A stretch of DNA of 64,000 nucleotides from an uncultured Gammaproteobacteria bacterium (GTDB lineage Bacteria > Patescibacteriota > Patescibacteriia > CAYZDG01), in assembly GCA_964536515.1 (NCBI GenBank), contig CAZHXI010000002.1, positions 60,908-124,907 on the forward strand, in the 5' to 3' direction. The notes under the pieces are model-generated. The model did not search any database and was not told the origin of the DNA. It saw only the letters and a list, made by a program, of their open reading frames with translations. Of this stretch, positions 17,420-27,473 are shown piece after piece. Each line of letters begins with the position of its first letter. Position 1 is the first letter of the stretch. The translations under genes and the position numbers were made by a program.

Positions 17420-17467
17420 ATAAATAGATTAGAAAATTGACAACTCATCAATCCCCCGGAGGGTTCC

Positions 17468-17962
17468 ATGCTCGACATTAGGCCCGTACCGAAGAGCAGC
17501 AGAATTGGCGAAGAGAGAGCCGCTACCATTATCTACCTGCTCGGGGGAGCTCTGGGGAAAAAATTTCCCAAGCTTCCCGAACCCATACCGACCCTCTCCA
17601 CCATTCGTGAGTTCGTCGGTCGGCGTGACTACGACAACGTGGTCGCCAGGCTGAGGAGCGGAGAAGTACCGCTAAGGCTGTACCCAGTTCTGCCCGTCGA
17701 TGTACGGGAAGCGCTGGCACTGGAAGATACCGAAGCGCTGAGGGCAATGACCGACGCCGCTGAGGAGCCTTCCCGTATGGCGCTCAGCCCCCACGCGAAG
17801 CACGTGAAGACCGCTGCAGCTCACCACGGCAACCCGCATCCGACAGAGGGCTTCCAGTACTGCCCCTACTGCCACTCGGGCGAGGCTCTGGCGACCGGCG
17901 GTACCTGCTCGAACTGCAACGAGTACGTTGAGCCACACGAGTCAACCTTCCCGAAGCTTTAG
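17468..17962 (+). CDS. Hypothetical protein with C-terminal zinc ribbon
   Basis: CPYC...CSNC at the C-terminus; GGAGG SD, own promoter and terminator (~17972-18008). Confidence 0.7.
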   Translation: MLDIRPVPKSSRIGEERAATIIYLLGGALGKKFPKLPEPIPTLSTIREFVGRRDYDNVVARLRSGEVPLRLYPVLPVDVREALALEDTEALRAMTDAAEEPSRMALSPHAKHVKTAAAHHGNPHPTEGFQYCPYCHSGEALATGGTCSNCNEYVEPHESTFPKL

Positions 17963-18090
17963 TAGCCAACGAAAACGAGCCGCCCTGGCTAACCCGGGCG
18001 GCTTTTTCGTGCTTCCACAGGGTGAGGGTTGAAAGGCTGTGCAGGAGGAGCTTGGCCTGGCGGCTCCCCCGCCGTAAGATACGGCCACCT

Positions 18091-19515
18091 ATGGCTGACC
18101 TTCCATCCCGCGTACCGCCACATAACCTGGAAGCTGAACAGGGGGTCCTGGGCGCCCTGCTCATAGACCGAGATGCCATAACCAGGGTAGCCGACATCGT
18201 ACGTGCGGAGGATTTCTACCGCGACAGCAACGGCCAGATATTCGCCGCCATGCTGGAGCTGTACGAGCAGCACGAGCCAATTGACCTGGTATCCCTCACC
18301 GACAAGCTCACCAGCGCCGGTGTGCTGGAGCGCGTGGGCGGGCAGAGCGCACTGGCGGCCCTGACCGAAGCCGTACCGACGTCGGCGAACGTGGTCAGCT
18401 ACGCCCGCATCGTGCAGAACAAGGCTACGCTGCGACGGCTGCAGCAGGCTGCGGGCAAGATTGCCGAGCTGGGCGGGCAGGAGGACCAAGACCTGCAGCG
18501 GCTGCTGGACCAGGCCGAGCAGCAGCTATTCAACGTTTCGCAGAACTACCTCAAGCAGCAGTTCGTGCCCATCCGCAGCGTGCTCGCCGAAGCCTTCGAG
18601 CGCATAGACGAGCTGCACCGCGAGGGCGGCAAGATCCGTGGCCTGCCGACCGGCTACGCCGACCTAGACAACCTGCTGGCCGGCCTGCAGAAGTCAGACC
18701 TCATCATCCTGGCCGCCCGCCCATCGGTGGGCAAGACCAGCTTCGCGCTGGATATAACCCGCTACGCCGCGGTGCAGCTGAAGGCCCCCGTGGGCATCTT
18801 CAGCCTCGAGATGAGCAAGGAGCAGCTGGTGGACCGCCTGCTGTGCTCGCAGGCCGAGGTAGACCTGTGGAAGATGCGCACCGGCCGCCTGTCGGACCGC
18901 GCCGAGGACGACGACTTCCCGCGCATCGGCCACGCCATGGGCGTGCTGGCCGAAGCCCCGCTGTTCATAGACGACTCCGCCTCGGCCAGCGTGCTGGAGA
19001 TCCGCACCAAGGCACGGCGCCTGAAGGCCGAGCACGGCAGCCTGGGCCTGCTGGTGGTGGACTACCTGCAGCTGATCGAGAGCCGGTCCAGCAACAGCGA
19101 CAACCGCGTGCAGGAGGTAGCCGAAATCACCCGCGGCCTAAAGGCGCTCGCACGCGAGCTGCAGGTGCCGGTGCTGGCCCTATCGCAGCTGAGCCGTGCG
19201 GTGGAGATGACCAAGCCCGCCATCCCCAAGCTGGCCCACCTGCGCGAGTCCGGATCCATTGAGCAGGACGCCGACGTGGTCATGTTCATCTACCGCAAGT
19301 CCGCGGACCGCAACTACCGGCCGGAGGACATCAGCCCCGAGGAGCGGCACATCGCCGAGCTGCACATCGCCAAGCACCGCAACGGCCCCACCGGCATGGT
19401 CAAGCTATTCTTCGACGAGCAGCGGGTGAGCTTCAAGAACCTGCAGCGCGGCAATGTAACGCCGCCGCCGCCCAGCGGACGCCCGGCAATGCCCGAGCCG
19501 GCAGAGCTTGGGTAG
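18091..19515 (+). CDS. dnaB: Replicative DNA helicase
   Basis: PPHNLEAEQGVLG, AARPSVGKT Walker A, FSLEMS, VVDYLQL, LSQLSR, LRESGSIEQDAD, KHRNGPTG. Confidence 0.98.
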   Translation: MADLPSRVPPHNLEAEQGVLGALLIDRDAITRVADIVRAEDFYRDSNGQIFAAMLELYEQHEPIDLVSLTDKLTSAGVLERVGGQSALAALTEAVPTSANVVSYARIVQNKATLRRLQQAAGKIAELGGQEDQDLQRLLDQAEQQLFNVSQNYLKQQFVPIRSVLAEAFERIDELHREGGKIRGLPTGYADLDNLLAGLQKSDLIILAARPSVGKTSFALDITRYAAVQLKAPVGIFSLEMSKEQLVDRLLCSQAEVDLWKMRTGRLSDRAEDDDFPRIGHAMGVLAEAPLFIDDSASASVLEIRTKARRLKAEHGSLGLLVVDYLQLIESRSSNSDNRVQEVAEITRGLKALARELQVPVLALSQLSRAVEMTKPAIPKLAHLRESGSIEQDADVVMFIYRKSADRNYRPEDISPEERHIAELHIAKHRNGPTGMVKLFFDEQRVSFKNLQRGNVTPPPPSGRPAMPEPAELG

Positions 19516-19593
19516 GACATAGGACTGAGGACGAAGGACTAAGGCGCCCCGCGTGCCACCCTCTCTGTCCTCAGTCCTATGTCCTCAGTCCTA
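19513..19593. repeat. Inverted arrays of heptamer tandem repeats (nAGGACn / nGTCCTn)
   Basis: TAGGACA TAGGACT GAGGACG AAGGACT ... TGTCCTC AGTCCTA TGTCCTC AGTCCTA. Confidence 0.75.
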
Positions 19594-19613
19594 ATTCCTG
19601 TATCCTACCCCAT

Positions 19614-19907
19614 ATGCCAAACATCTTCGGAAAATTGAAGCAGATCAAGGACCTCCGCGACCAGGCCAAGAAGCTGCAGGGCGCCATCGGCGGCGAGCTA
19701 TCTACGTCCGAGCACGACGGCGTATCTGTAACGGTCAACGGCTCGTTCGAGCTGACGGACGTGCAGATTACCCGAGACCTACCCCGCGACCAGCTGGGCA
19801 AGGCCGTGGCCAAAGCCGGCACCGCAGCCATTAAGGCGATGCAGAAGACGGTGGCCCAGAAGATCCAGGCCATGGGCGGCCTGGGCAAGCTCGGCGGCCA
19901 GGGCTAG
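19614..19907 (+). CDS. ybaB: YbaB/EbfC family nucleoid-associated protein
   Basis: Size, GVSVTVNG motif, position upstream of recR. Confidence 0.85.
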   Translation: MPNIFGKLKQIKDLRDQAKKLQGAIGGELSTSEHDGVSVTVNGSFELTDVQITRDLPRDQLGKAVAKAGTAAIKAMQKTVAQKIQAMGGLGKLGGQG

Positions 19908-19931
19908 ACCGCGCTCAGCGCGGCTGAATCC

Positions 19932-20531
19932 ATGGCCAGGCTCCCCCGCCTCATTACGCAGCTCGCACTGCAGCTAGAGCGGCTGCCCGGCATCGGCCCC
20001 AAGACGGCTGAGAAGCTGGCCTACCACCTGGCCCGCCAGCCCCGCGGCGTGCTGGATGACTTCGGATCGGCGCTGCAGGAGCTAGCCGAGGGCATTCGTA
20101 CCTGCCGCACCTGCGGCGACTTCAGCGAGGCTGAAATCTGCGGCATATGCGGCGACGCGGGACGAGACGGTAGCCTGCTGTGCGTGGTAGCAGACAGCGC
20201 CGAGCTGCACGCCATCGAGCGCCTGAACGAGTTCACCGGCCGCTACCACGTCCTCGGCGGAACGATCAGGCCCATCGAGGGCATAGAGCCCGGGCACCTT
20301 AGGATTGACGAGCTGGTGGCGCGACTGGAATCTGACGGCGTGGTGGAGGTCATCCTGGGCCTGAACCCAGACCTGGAGGGCGAGACAACGGCTATGTACC
20401 TGACCCGTCTGCTGAAGCAGCACGGCGTGAGCGTGACCAAGCTGGCGCGGGGCCTACCCACGGGCTCGGAGATTGAGTACGCCGACGACAGCACCCTATC
20501 CAGCGCCCTACGGAACCGGAGGCAGGCATAG
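19932..20531 (+). CDS. recR: Recombination mediator RecR
   Basis: LPGIGPKTAE HhH, C4 zinc finger, YHVLGG, Toprim EGETTA, LARGLPTG. Confidence 0.97.
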   Translation: MARLPRLITQLALQLERLPGIGPKTAEKLAYHLARQPRGVLDDFGSALQELAEGIRTCRTCGDFSEAEICGICGDAGRDGSLLCVVADSAELHAIERLNEFTGRYHVLGGTIRPIEGIEPGHLRIDELVARLESDGVVEVILGLNPDLEGETTAMYLTRLLKQHGVSVTKLARGLPTGSEIEYADDSTLSSALRNRRQA

Positions 20532-20645
20532 CTAATCCGGCTGAGCCGCCTCGTTCATTCGAGGGTCACTGATTGACATCTAGATATATTCGTGGTACAA
20601 GTCTATCCATTAGGAATAGCTAGCACCTTGAGCGGAGGACAGAAC

Positions 20646-21065
20646 TTGGATCACGAAACTACAGGCAAAAGCGCTGAAGAATTTACCCCGCCGACCGCGG
20701 CTCACGTCTATACCATTTCGCAGGTCGGCGCGATGCTGGGCGATGTTCCAGTGGAGACTCTACGGCACTGGGAGAAGGACCTAGGCAACCTTCTGCAGCC
20801 AATGAGGCAGGCTGGCGGGGCTAGGCGATTCAGCGATGCAGACGTCCGCACCCTAAGAATGTTCGTTGACCTGAAGAGCCGTGGGTTCACGAACGAGGGT
20901 GCGAGACGAGAGCTCGTCCTAGGGATCGCCGACTGCCAGGATATCCAGACCGTGGAGCAGGCGCTGCTCACCATCGATCGAGCGACGAGGAGCATTGCCC
21001 AAGCCGCAGCTCGCCTGGATGACGCAAGGGAATTCCTGCAGCGGCATACGCGCAACAAAGAATGA
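20646..21065 (+). CDS. MerR family HTH regulator
   Basis: YTISQVGAMLG...TLRHWE...GGARRFS; TTG start with GGAGG; promoter TTGACA(20573)-N17-TACAAG. Confidence 0.85.
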   Translation: MDHETTGKSAEEFTPPTAAHVYTISQVGAMLGDVPVETLRHWEKDLGNLLQPMRQAGGARRFSDADVRTLRMFVDLKSRGFTNEGARRELVLGIADCQDIQTVEQALLTIDRATRSIAQAAARLDDAREFLQRHTRNKE

Positions 21066-21102
21066 AATGAGCCGCCCCCGGGGCGGCTTTCTTTTATCCT
21101 CG

Positions 21103-21810
21103 CTACCGCATTACCTGCACGCACTGGTTGACCATGCCCCAGTTGGAGATGCGCCCCAGGTTCTGGGTGAAGACCATTACGCCGAAGGCGATGAGTATTA
21201 CGCCGAAGGCAATGTTCGCCCAACGCAGGTACGGCCCCATGCGCCGGATGACTGCTCCCGCCTGGGCGGTGAATGCACCCAGCAGCAGGAACGGCAGCCC
21301 CAGGCCCAAGCTGTAGGCCAGCAGCAGGCCAAACGCGGACGCAGGCTGGGCTGCGGCCAGGCCGAGGATCGCTCCGAGCACGGCGCCGACGCACGGGCTC
21401 CAGCCCAGGGCGAACGCTGCCCCGAACAGCAGGGATGTGAGGCAGCGTGACCGGTGCGCCGTCGGCGTTAGCCTATGCTCCCGTTCCAGGAACGGCACCC
21501 GGAATAGCCCGAGCAGGTAGATGCCGAACAGCACGATGATTGCCCCGCCGATGCGGCTGAGCCAGACGTGGGCACCGTACGAGACGTCCGCCAGCGCCGT
21601 GTGCAGCAGCAGGCCAATGACCGAGAACACCACCGAGAACCCGAGTACGAAGCACAGGCTATTCGCAAAAACCTGCCGGCGGTGGCTTGCGGATCCCGCC
21701 ACGCTGGTTCCGGCCAGGTACGCCAGGTAGCCCGGCATCAGCGGCAGCACGCACGGCGCCAGGAAGGAGACCAGGCCCGCGACGAATGCTACCCCGTATG
21801 AAACTTCCAT
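21103..21810 (-). CDS. ccdA: CcdA/DsbD-beta family disulfide transporter
   Basis: SFLAPCVLPL and GWSPCVG motifs, 6 TM segments. Confidence 0.92.
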   Translation of the reverse strand: MEVSYGVAFVAGLVSFLAPCVLPLMPGYLAYLAGTSVAGSASHRRQVFANSLCFVLGFSVVFSVIGLLLHTALADVSYGAHVWLSRIGGAIIVLFGIYLLGLFRVPFLEREHRLTPTAHRSRCLTSLLFGAAFALGWSPCVGAVLGAILGLAAAQPASAFGLLLAYSLGLGLPFLLLGAFTAQAGAVIRRMGPYLRWANIAFGVILIAFGVMVFTQNLGRISNWGMVNQCVQVMR

Positions 21811-21812
21811 GG

Positions 21813-22958
21813 CTACAGTTTAGCAGCAAAGGCAGACGCCACCGCTGGAACCACGGCAGGATTGAAGATGGACGGGATAATCTCCTCGGCTGAGGGCGCC
21901 TGGACGACGGCGGCTAGATTCTGAGCGGCGGCGAGCAGCATGGCATCCGTTACCTGCACCACGCCGCTGTCTAGCAGCCCACGGAAGATGCCGGGAAAGG
22001 CCAGGGCATTATTGATCTGGTTGGGGTAGTCAGACCGGCCGGTGCCGACTATAGCAGCGCCCGCCGCACGGGCATCGTCCGGCATAATCTCTGGCACCGG
22101 GTTAGCCATGGCGAGGATTGCGGGGCCAGGGTTCATGCTACGCACCATCTCCTGTGTAACTAAGCCGCCGGCGCTGACGCCCACGAAGATGTCTGCGCCG
22201 ACCATGGCACCCGCCAGGCTGCCCTCAATCCCCCGCCGGTTGGTAGCTGCAGCCAGCGCAGCCTTATCCGAATTCATACCTGCACGGCCTTGGTACAGCG
22301 CGCCGTGGCTATCGCAGGCCACCAGGTTGGTGAATCCTCCCGCCAGCAGCAGCTCGGCCACGGCAGTACCCGCAGCTCCAGCGCCACTGATGACAACGGA
22401 TACTTCGCCAGGCTCCTGCCCGCGGACCTTGAGCACGTTGATGAGCGCCGCCAGCACGACCACGGCTGTGCCGTGCTGGTCGTCGTGGAACACGGGAATG
22501 TCCAGCAGCTCTCGCAGCTTCCGCTCGACCTGGAAGCACCTCGGTGCGCTAATGTCCTCCAGGTTAATGGCTCCGAACACCGGAGCAATGCGCTGCACCG
22601 TCGCCACAATCTCGTCCACGTCCTGCGTGTCTAGGCAGATGGGGAACGCATCCACATTGGCGAACTGCTTCATCAGCACCGCCTTGCCCTCCATCACGGG
22701 GATAGCCGCATGCGCGCCGAGGTTGCCCAGGCCGAGGATGGCCGAGCCGTCCGAGACAATGGCCACCGTGTTCCGCTTGATGGTGTACTCCCGCGCCAGC
22801 TTACTATCCTTGCCTATCTCCACGCTAACCTGCCCCACGCCGGGGGTGTAGGCCAAGCTCAAATCATCCCGCGTCTGCAGCGGAACCGTTGGGTGCAGCT
22901 CCATCTTGCCGCGGTGCTTGCGGTGCAGCTCCAGGGAACGGGACGCGAGGTCATCCAT
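21813..22958 (-). CDS. NAD(P)-dependent malic enzyme
   Basis: LAYTPGV, PVMEGKA, INLEDI, FHDDQHGTA, GAGAAG, NQINNALAFPG. Confidence 0.95.
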   Translation of the reverse strand: MDDLASRSLELHRKHRGKMELHPTVPLQTRDDLSLAYTPGVGQVSVEIGKDSKLAREYTIKRNTVAIVSDGSAILGLGNLGAHAAIPVMEGKAVLMKQFANVDAFPICLDTQDVDEIVATVQRIAPVFGAINLEDISAPRCFQVERKLRELLDIPVFHDDQHGTAVVVLAALINVLKVRGQEPGEVSVVISGAGAAGTAVAELLLAGGFTNLVACDSHGALYQGRAGMNSDKAALAAATNRRGIEGSLAGAMVGADIFVGVSAGGLVTQEMVRSMNPGPAILAMANPVPEIMPDDARAAGAAIVGTGRSDYPNQINNALAFPGIFRGLLDSGVVQVTDAMLLAAAQNLAAVVQAPSAEEIIPSIFNPAVVPAVASAFAAKL

Positions 22959-23045
22959 ACCGCAGAATGATACCCCAAATGGGGCTTCCCGAGACACCTC
23001 GACAGATTCGCCGGAAGCTTGTACGATGCTCCCTGCATTTCACAT

Positions 23046-23120
23046 GCCGCTATCGTCTAACGGTTAGGACACCAGGTTCTCATCCTGGTAATCGGGGTTC
23101 GATTCCCCGTGGCGGTACCA
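23046..23120 (+). tRNA. tRNA-Glu(CTC)
   Basis: GCCGCTATCGTCTAACGGTTAGGACA CCAGG-TTCTCAT-CCTGG TAATCGGGGTTCGATTCCCCGTGGCGGTACCA. Confidence 0.95.
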
Positions 23121-23126
23121 AACTTA

Positions 23127-24407
23127 CTATTCCTTCGCCAGCCAGTAGTCGGTCTGGCGGACCAGGAGCTCGGCGCTGCGGCTGGGGTAGGCAATGATCG
23201 CCTTGGTAACCCTCTCCATGCGGCTGCCCTGGGACCCCTTCACCAGCACGGCGTCGCCGTGCTGAATCGCACCTGCTAGGTACTCCCCCGCCTCGGCCGT
23301 GGTGGCGAACGAACGCACCTCCCCTACCTTCCCGGACGCTCGCGCCGCATCCGCGATGTGCCTCGCCAGCTCGCCAACGGTAACCAGAATATCGGCTTCG
23401 CAGGCCTGCCCCACCTCGGCGTGCAGCTGCGAGGCGGTCGGCCCCAGCTCCAGCATGTCGCCCAGCGCCGCCACGGTACGGGTGCACAGGCCCTCGGCCT
23501 TCAGCTCGGCCAGGGTTTCCAATGCTGCGGCGCAGGCGAGCGGCGACGAGTTGTAGGTATCGTCAACCAACAGCGAGCCGCGCAGGCCATCCAGCGCCCG
23601 CATGCGGCCGGGCGCGGGCAGGAAGTTCTCCAGCTGCGCGCCGACGTCCACCAGGTTCAGGTTGAGGGCCTGGGCTGTGGCAACGGCAGCCGCGCACACG
23701 TAGGCGTACTGCCGGCCGAGCGCGCCGGGCACAAAGATTGGCACGGTGCTGCCGCCGGTCTCCAGCTTCACCAGCGTGCCCAGCGTACCGTCGTGGCGCA
23801 CCGAACGACGGTCAACCACGCGCACGTCGGCACCCTCGCCGAAGCCGAACGTCTTGATGGAAGCCTTGGTCTTCTCGCGCAGGGCCAGCACCCGCTCGTC
23901 ATCGTAGTTGAGGATAGCCCAGCCACTGGTGCCCAGGGCTCGCACGGGCGTACCCTCCTCCTCGGCCACGCCGTCTAGGTTGCGCAGCTGCTCTAGGTGC
24001 GCGGCGCTGGCAGCGGTAACGACGCATACCGTCGGCTTGGCAATTGCGGTAAGCACCGCGGCGTCGCCCGGCGCATCTGAGCCGAACTCCAGCACCAGAA
24101 CCTGCGGGTACTCGCGGCGGATAGCCAGCAGCTCCAGCCCGCGGAAGATAACGGCGAGCCACGACAGGACCGAGCGGTGGCCGGCGCGGGCACGCAGGAT
24201 AGCCAGGGGCAGGCCTACATCGGTGTTGTAGTTGCCGGCTGGCTGGCCAACGTAGCCGTACGGCGCCAGCGCCACCGCCGTGGCGAGCCGAGTGCTGGTC
24301 TTGCCCACGCTGCCGCTGACCGAGACGACCAGCGGCCGGTACTTAGCCAGCACCAGCTTGGCGAGGAGCTGGATGGTCGAGACTACGATGCGGCGGACTA
24401 GCTTCAT
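23127..24407 (-). CDS. murF: UDP-N-acetylmuramoyl-tripeptide--D-Ala-D-Ala ligase
   Basis: SGSVGKTST, DDTYNSSP, LGDMLELG, VLVKGS; lacks the usual N-terminal domain. Confidence 0.9.
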   Translation of the reverse strand: MKLVRRIVVSTIQLLAKLVLAKYRPLVVSVSGSVGKTSTRLATAVALAPYGYVGQPAGNYNTDVGLPLAILRARAGHRSVLSWLAVIFRGLELLAIRREYPQVLVLEFGSDAPGDAAVLTAIAKPTVCVVTAASAAHLEQLRNLDGVAEEEGTPVRALGTSGWAILNYDDERVLALREKTKASIKTFGFGEGADVRVVDRRSVRHDGTLGTLVKLETGGSTVPIFVPGALGRQYAYVCAAAVATAQALNLNLVDVGAQLENFLPAPGRMRALDGLRGSLLVDDTYNSSPLACAAALETLAELKAEGLCTRTVAALGDMLELGPTASQLHAEVGQACEADILVTVGELARHIADAARASGKVGEVRSFATTAEAGEYLAGAIQHGDAVLVKGSQGSRMERVTKAIIAYPSRSAELLVRQTDYWLAKE

Positions 24408-26140
24408 TTGGAATTTGGCTGGATGCGTAGGATTCTTAGGGCGGCGGCGGTTACGTCCCTGAACAGGGGTGCGGCCGAACCTTCAGCCCACGCTACCTTG
24501 GGCATCTCCAGCTTGGCAATGGTTACCACGGCGGGGTCCGTCGCCGGGGCAATTCCGGCAAAGGAGTGGTTGGCCTGGTCCACCAGGTAGCCGCCGCGCG
24601 GGTCGGGAATTTGAGCTGTTCCGGTCTTGCCGCCGATGGTGAAGCCGGGCACCTGGGCGTTCACGATGGGGGTGCCGTGGACCACCGAGACCAGCATCGC
24701 CCGCACGTTGGCAGCGGTGGCCGGCTGCAGCACCCGCCGTACAACCTTGGGCTGGGTAACGGTCCTGGTGCCATCCGGCGCCACCACCTCGGCCACCAGG
24801 TACGGCTGCATCAGCTCGCCGCCGTTGGCGATCGCCGCGTACGCGGCTGCCATCTGCATCGGCGTAGCGGTTATGCCCTGGCCGAACGAAGCCGTGGCGG
24901 TGTAGATCTCGCTGGGCTTGTCGAGGGACGACGTGTCGCCGGCACGGTCGCCGGTTATATCTATGCCCGTTGGCTGGCCGAAGCCGAACGCCGCGAAGTA
25001 CCGCCGCAGGCCATCGCCGGTCAGCCGCCGGGCGGCGAATATCATGCCGGTATTAATTGAGCGCTGCAGCACGCCGACCATGGTCTGCCTGCCCCAGCGT
25101 TTGTTCTGCGCATTCTTAATGGGGAAGCCGCCGATGCGCTCCTCGCCGGGGTCGTCGAACTCGGTCTGCGGCGTTACCGCTCCAGCGTCTATCGCCGAGG
25201 CCATCACGACGGGCTTCATGATCGAGCCAACCTCGTAGGGCACCAGCGCCCTGTTCTCGTACTGGGCAACGGAGCGGACGTCGCCGTAGCGGTTCGGGTC
25301 GAAGGATGGGCTGCTGCATAGGGCTAGGATGGCGCCGGTCTTTGGGTCCATTACCACCACCGCTCCCCCGGCTGCCTGCGTCTTCTCCACCGCCTGCTCT
25401 AGGCTACGGCAGGCTGCGAACTGCAGCGGACGGCTGATGGTCAGAACCAGGTCAGATCCGTCTACGGCAGGCCTGAAGACCTCTGTCGCGCCCGCGATGA
25501 GGCCGCCGCCCGCAGCCCGAATGCCGCTGACGAAGCCGCCGGACCCACCCAGCTGCTCCTCGTAGTACTGCTCGATGCCGTAGCGGCCGACGCGTGTCTC
25601 GCCGTCTGAGTCGAAGCCCAGGAACCCCAGCAGGTTGCCCGTTATCTTGCCCTCGGCGTACTGGCGCCAGGGCTCGGGCACCAGGTGCAGGCCGGGCATG
25701 TCCAGCTTCTGGATTGCCGCCCGCTGCTCCTCGGTCAGCCGGTGCTGCAGCGGCAGGTACGACCGACGGCTGCCGGCGATGCTCTCGGCCATCGCATCGG
25801 TTGCCGTTGCCGTCAGGCCGAGGATGGGCCCCACGGCATCGGCCACCGCCCGCGGGTCACGTATCGACCGCGGGTCGGCGAACAGCAGATCCTCGAAGCT
25901 GTTGTAGGCCAGCGGGAAGGTGCTGCCGTCGTCCTCGCGCACCAGAATCCTACCGCGGCTGGGGAAGAGCTTCTGCACCACCCGCTGCTGGTCGTTCGCC
26001 AGCACGGCGTAGGCCTGGCGCTGGATAACCTGCACCTGCAGGAGGCGAGCTGCCAGCAGGCCGAACGCGAAGACGATGGCGAGGCGCAGGACTCGCTCAC
26101 GCGGCCAGCGAGGCCCCCGTGGGGACGCCGACCGCACCAT
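24404..26140 (-). CDS. ftsI: Class B penicillin-binding protein (FtsI)
   Basis: SIMK (SxxK), SIN (SxN), KTGTAQ; dcw context. Confidence 0.92.
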   Translation of the reverse strand: MVRSASPRGPRWPRERVLRLAIVFAFGLLAARLLQVQVIQRQAYAVLANDQQRVVQKLFPSRGRILVREDDGSTFPLAYNSFEDLLFADPRSIRDPRAVADAVGPILGLTATATDAMAESIAGSRRSYLPLQHRLTEEQRAAIQKLDMPGLHLVPEPWRQYAEGKITGNLLGFLGFDSDGETRVGRYGIEQYYEEQLGGSGGFVSGIRAAGGGLIAGATEVFRPAVDGSDLVLTISRPLQFAACRSLEQAVEKTQAAGGAVVVMDPKTGAILALCSSPSFDPNRYGDVRSVAQYENRALVPYEVGSIMKPVVMASAIDAGAVTPQTEFDDPGEERIGGFPIKNAQNKRWGRQTMVGVLQRSINTGMIFAARRLTGDGLRRYFAAFGFGQPTGIDITGDRAGDTSSLDKPSEIYTATASFGQGITATPMQMAAAYAAIANGGELMQPYLVAEVVAPDGTRTVTQPKVVRRVLQPATAANVRAMLVSVVHGTPIVNAQVPGFTIGGKTGTAQIPDPRGGYLVDQANHSFAGIAPATDPAVVTIAKLEMPKVAWAEGSAAPLFRDVTAAALRILRIQPNSK

Positions 26141-26145
26141 AGGCC

Positions 26146-26514
26146 CTAGCGGGCGACGGCGACGGCTCCGGCAGCTGCGCCGGCGAACTGCTGGCTGGGC
26201 AGGGCGACCAGGCCCATTTCAGACGTTGCGGCGGCCACCCGCTCCAGCGAGCGCAGCTGCACCGCCTGGCGCTCCAGCCGGGCGTGCTCCTCCTCCAGGG
26301 CTGCAGCCTGCCGCTGCAACGAACGTATCTCCACGTTCGCCGCAGCGGAGGCATTGGCCTGCCACACGTACGAGAGGCTGAGGAGGACGAGGCAGCTGAC
26401 CACCGCGCCGCGGCGCACGCCGGGGCGGAGCGAAGCTAGGCGCAGGCGCCCGAAGGCTGCTACCCAGGGGGCCATGGCTGCGACTGCTCGGTAGTTCGCT
26501 GCTGCGTTGATCAT
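26146..26514 (-). CDS. ftsL: Cell division protein FtsL-like
   Basis: TM segment plus coiled coil, LERVAAA..MGL; between rsmH and ftsI. Confidence 0.7.
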   Translation of the reverse strand: MINAAANYRAVAAMAPWVAAFGRLRLASLRPGVRRGAVVSCLVLLSLSYVWQANASAAANVEIRSLQRQAAALEEEHARLERQAVQLRSLERVAAATSEMGLVALPSQQFAGAAAGAVAVAR

Positions 26515-26543
26515 ACGTTTATGTTTTTTCTCAGGTAAGGATG

Positions 26544-27458
26544 TTATGAGTTCTCAGTTCTGGTTGCGGCGCGGAGCTTGGCGCTGCGAGCTCGTGGATT
26601 CTCGGCGACCTCGGCCTCGGATGGCACCAGCGGCCTCTTGGTCAACACCTGCCACCGCTCGCTGCCCTTTAGGAACCGCTTCACCAGCCCATCTTCCAGC
26701 GAGTGGTAGCTGATGGTTACCAGCGTCCCGCCCGGTTCCAACACCTCGGCGGCCTGCTCCAGGCCCGCGCGGAGCGCCTCCATCTCGTCGTTCACCACGA
26801 TGCGTAGGGCTTGGAAGGTACGGGTGGCGGGGTGGCGGCGGCTGCGGCCGAAGCGGCGGGCGTACAGCCGAACCACGATGTCCGCCAGCTGCCCGGTGCT
26901 AGCCACCGGCCGCTGCCGTACGATTGCGGCGGCAATCTGGCGTGCCATCGGCTCCTGGCCGTAGGTGCGGAGTGCGTCCGTCAGATCTTCCTCCGACCAC
27001 CGGTTCACCACCTGGGCTGCGGTCAGCTCGCCCTCGGGGTCGCCGTCGAACCGCATAATCAGGGGGGCGTCGGTCTGGAAGCTGAAGCCCCAGCTGGGGT
27101 CAGCCAGCTCGGCGCTGGCTAGGCCGAGGTCGAACAGGATGCCCCGCAGCGGAAGGCTGCAGCCGCTGGACCGCCACAGGTCTGCCAGCTGGCTGAAGTT
27201 GCCCTGCTGGATGACCACCCGGCTGCCCAGGGACGCGAAGCGGCGTCGGCCAGCCTCCACGGCACGTGGGTTCTGGTCTATGCCGACCACGACGCCGTCG
27301 GGGCCCGCTGCCTCCAGCAGCAGGGCGGCGTGTCCGCCTCCGCCGAAGGTGGCGTCGATGTAGGCGCTGCCCGGCTGCGGCAGCAGGTACGACAGTACCT
27401 CGGCGGTGAACACTGGCTTGTGCTGGTAATCAAGGAGCGACGCCGGGGAGTCGGCCAT
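26544..27458 (-). CDS. rsmH: 16S rRNA m4C1402 methyltransferase
   Basis: HKPV, DATFGGGGH, FQALRIVVN, ISYHSLED, NPRARSAKLR. Confidence 0.97.
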   Translation of the reverse strand: MADSPASLLDYQHKPVFTAEVLSYLLPQPGSAYIDATFGGGGHAALLLEAAGPDGVVVGIDQNPRAVEAGRRRFASLGSRVVIQQGNFSQLADLWRSSGCSLPLRGILFDLGLASAELADPSWGFSFQTDAPLIMRFDGDPEGELTAAQVVNRWSEEDLTDALRTYGQEPMARQIAAAIVRQRPVASTGQLADIVVRLYARRFGRSRRHPATRTFQALRIVVNDEMEALRAGLEQAAEVLEPGGTLVTISYHSLEDGLVKRFLKGSERWQVLTKRPLVPSEAEVAENPRARSAKLRAATRTENS

Positions 27459-27473
27459 AGGCGTCGTGCAGCC

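Noticed and set aside
19513-19593. Possible CRISPR array in the short repeats
   Set aside because: 7-nt tandem units with no unique spacers and no cas genes; no CRISPR array seen anywhere in the window
21103-21810. ccdA as evidence of cytochrome c respiration
   Set aside because: No other cytochrome c maturation genes or heme-binding CxxCH cytochromes recognised; more likely general disulfide reduction
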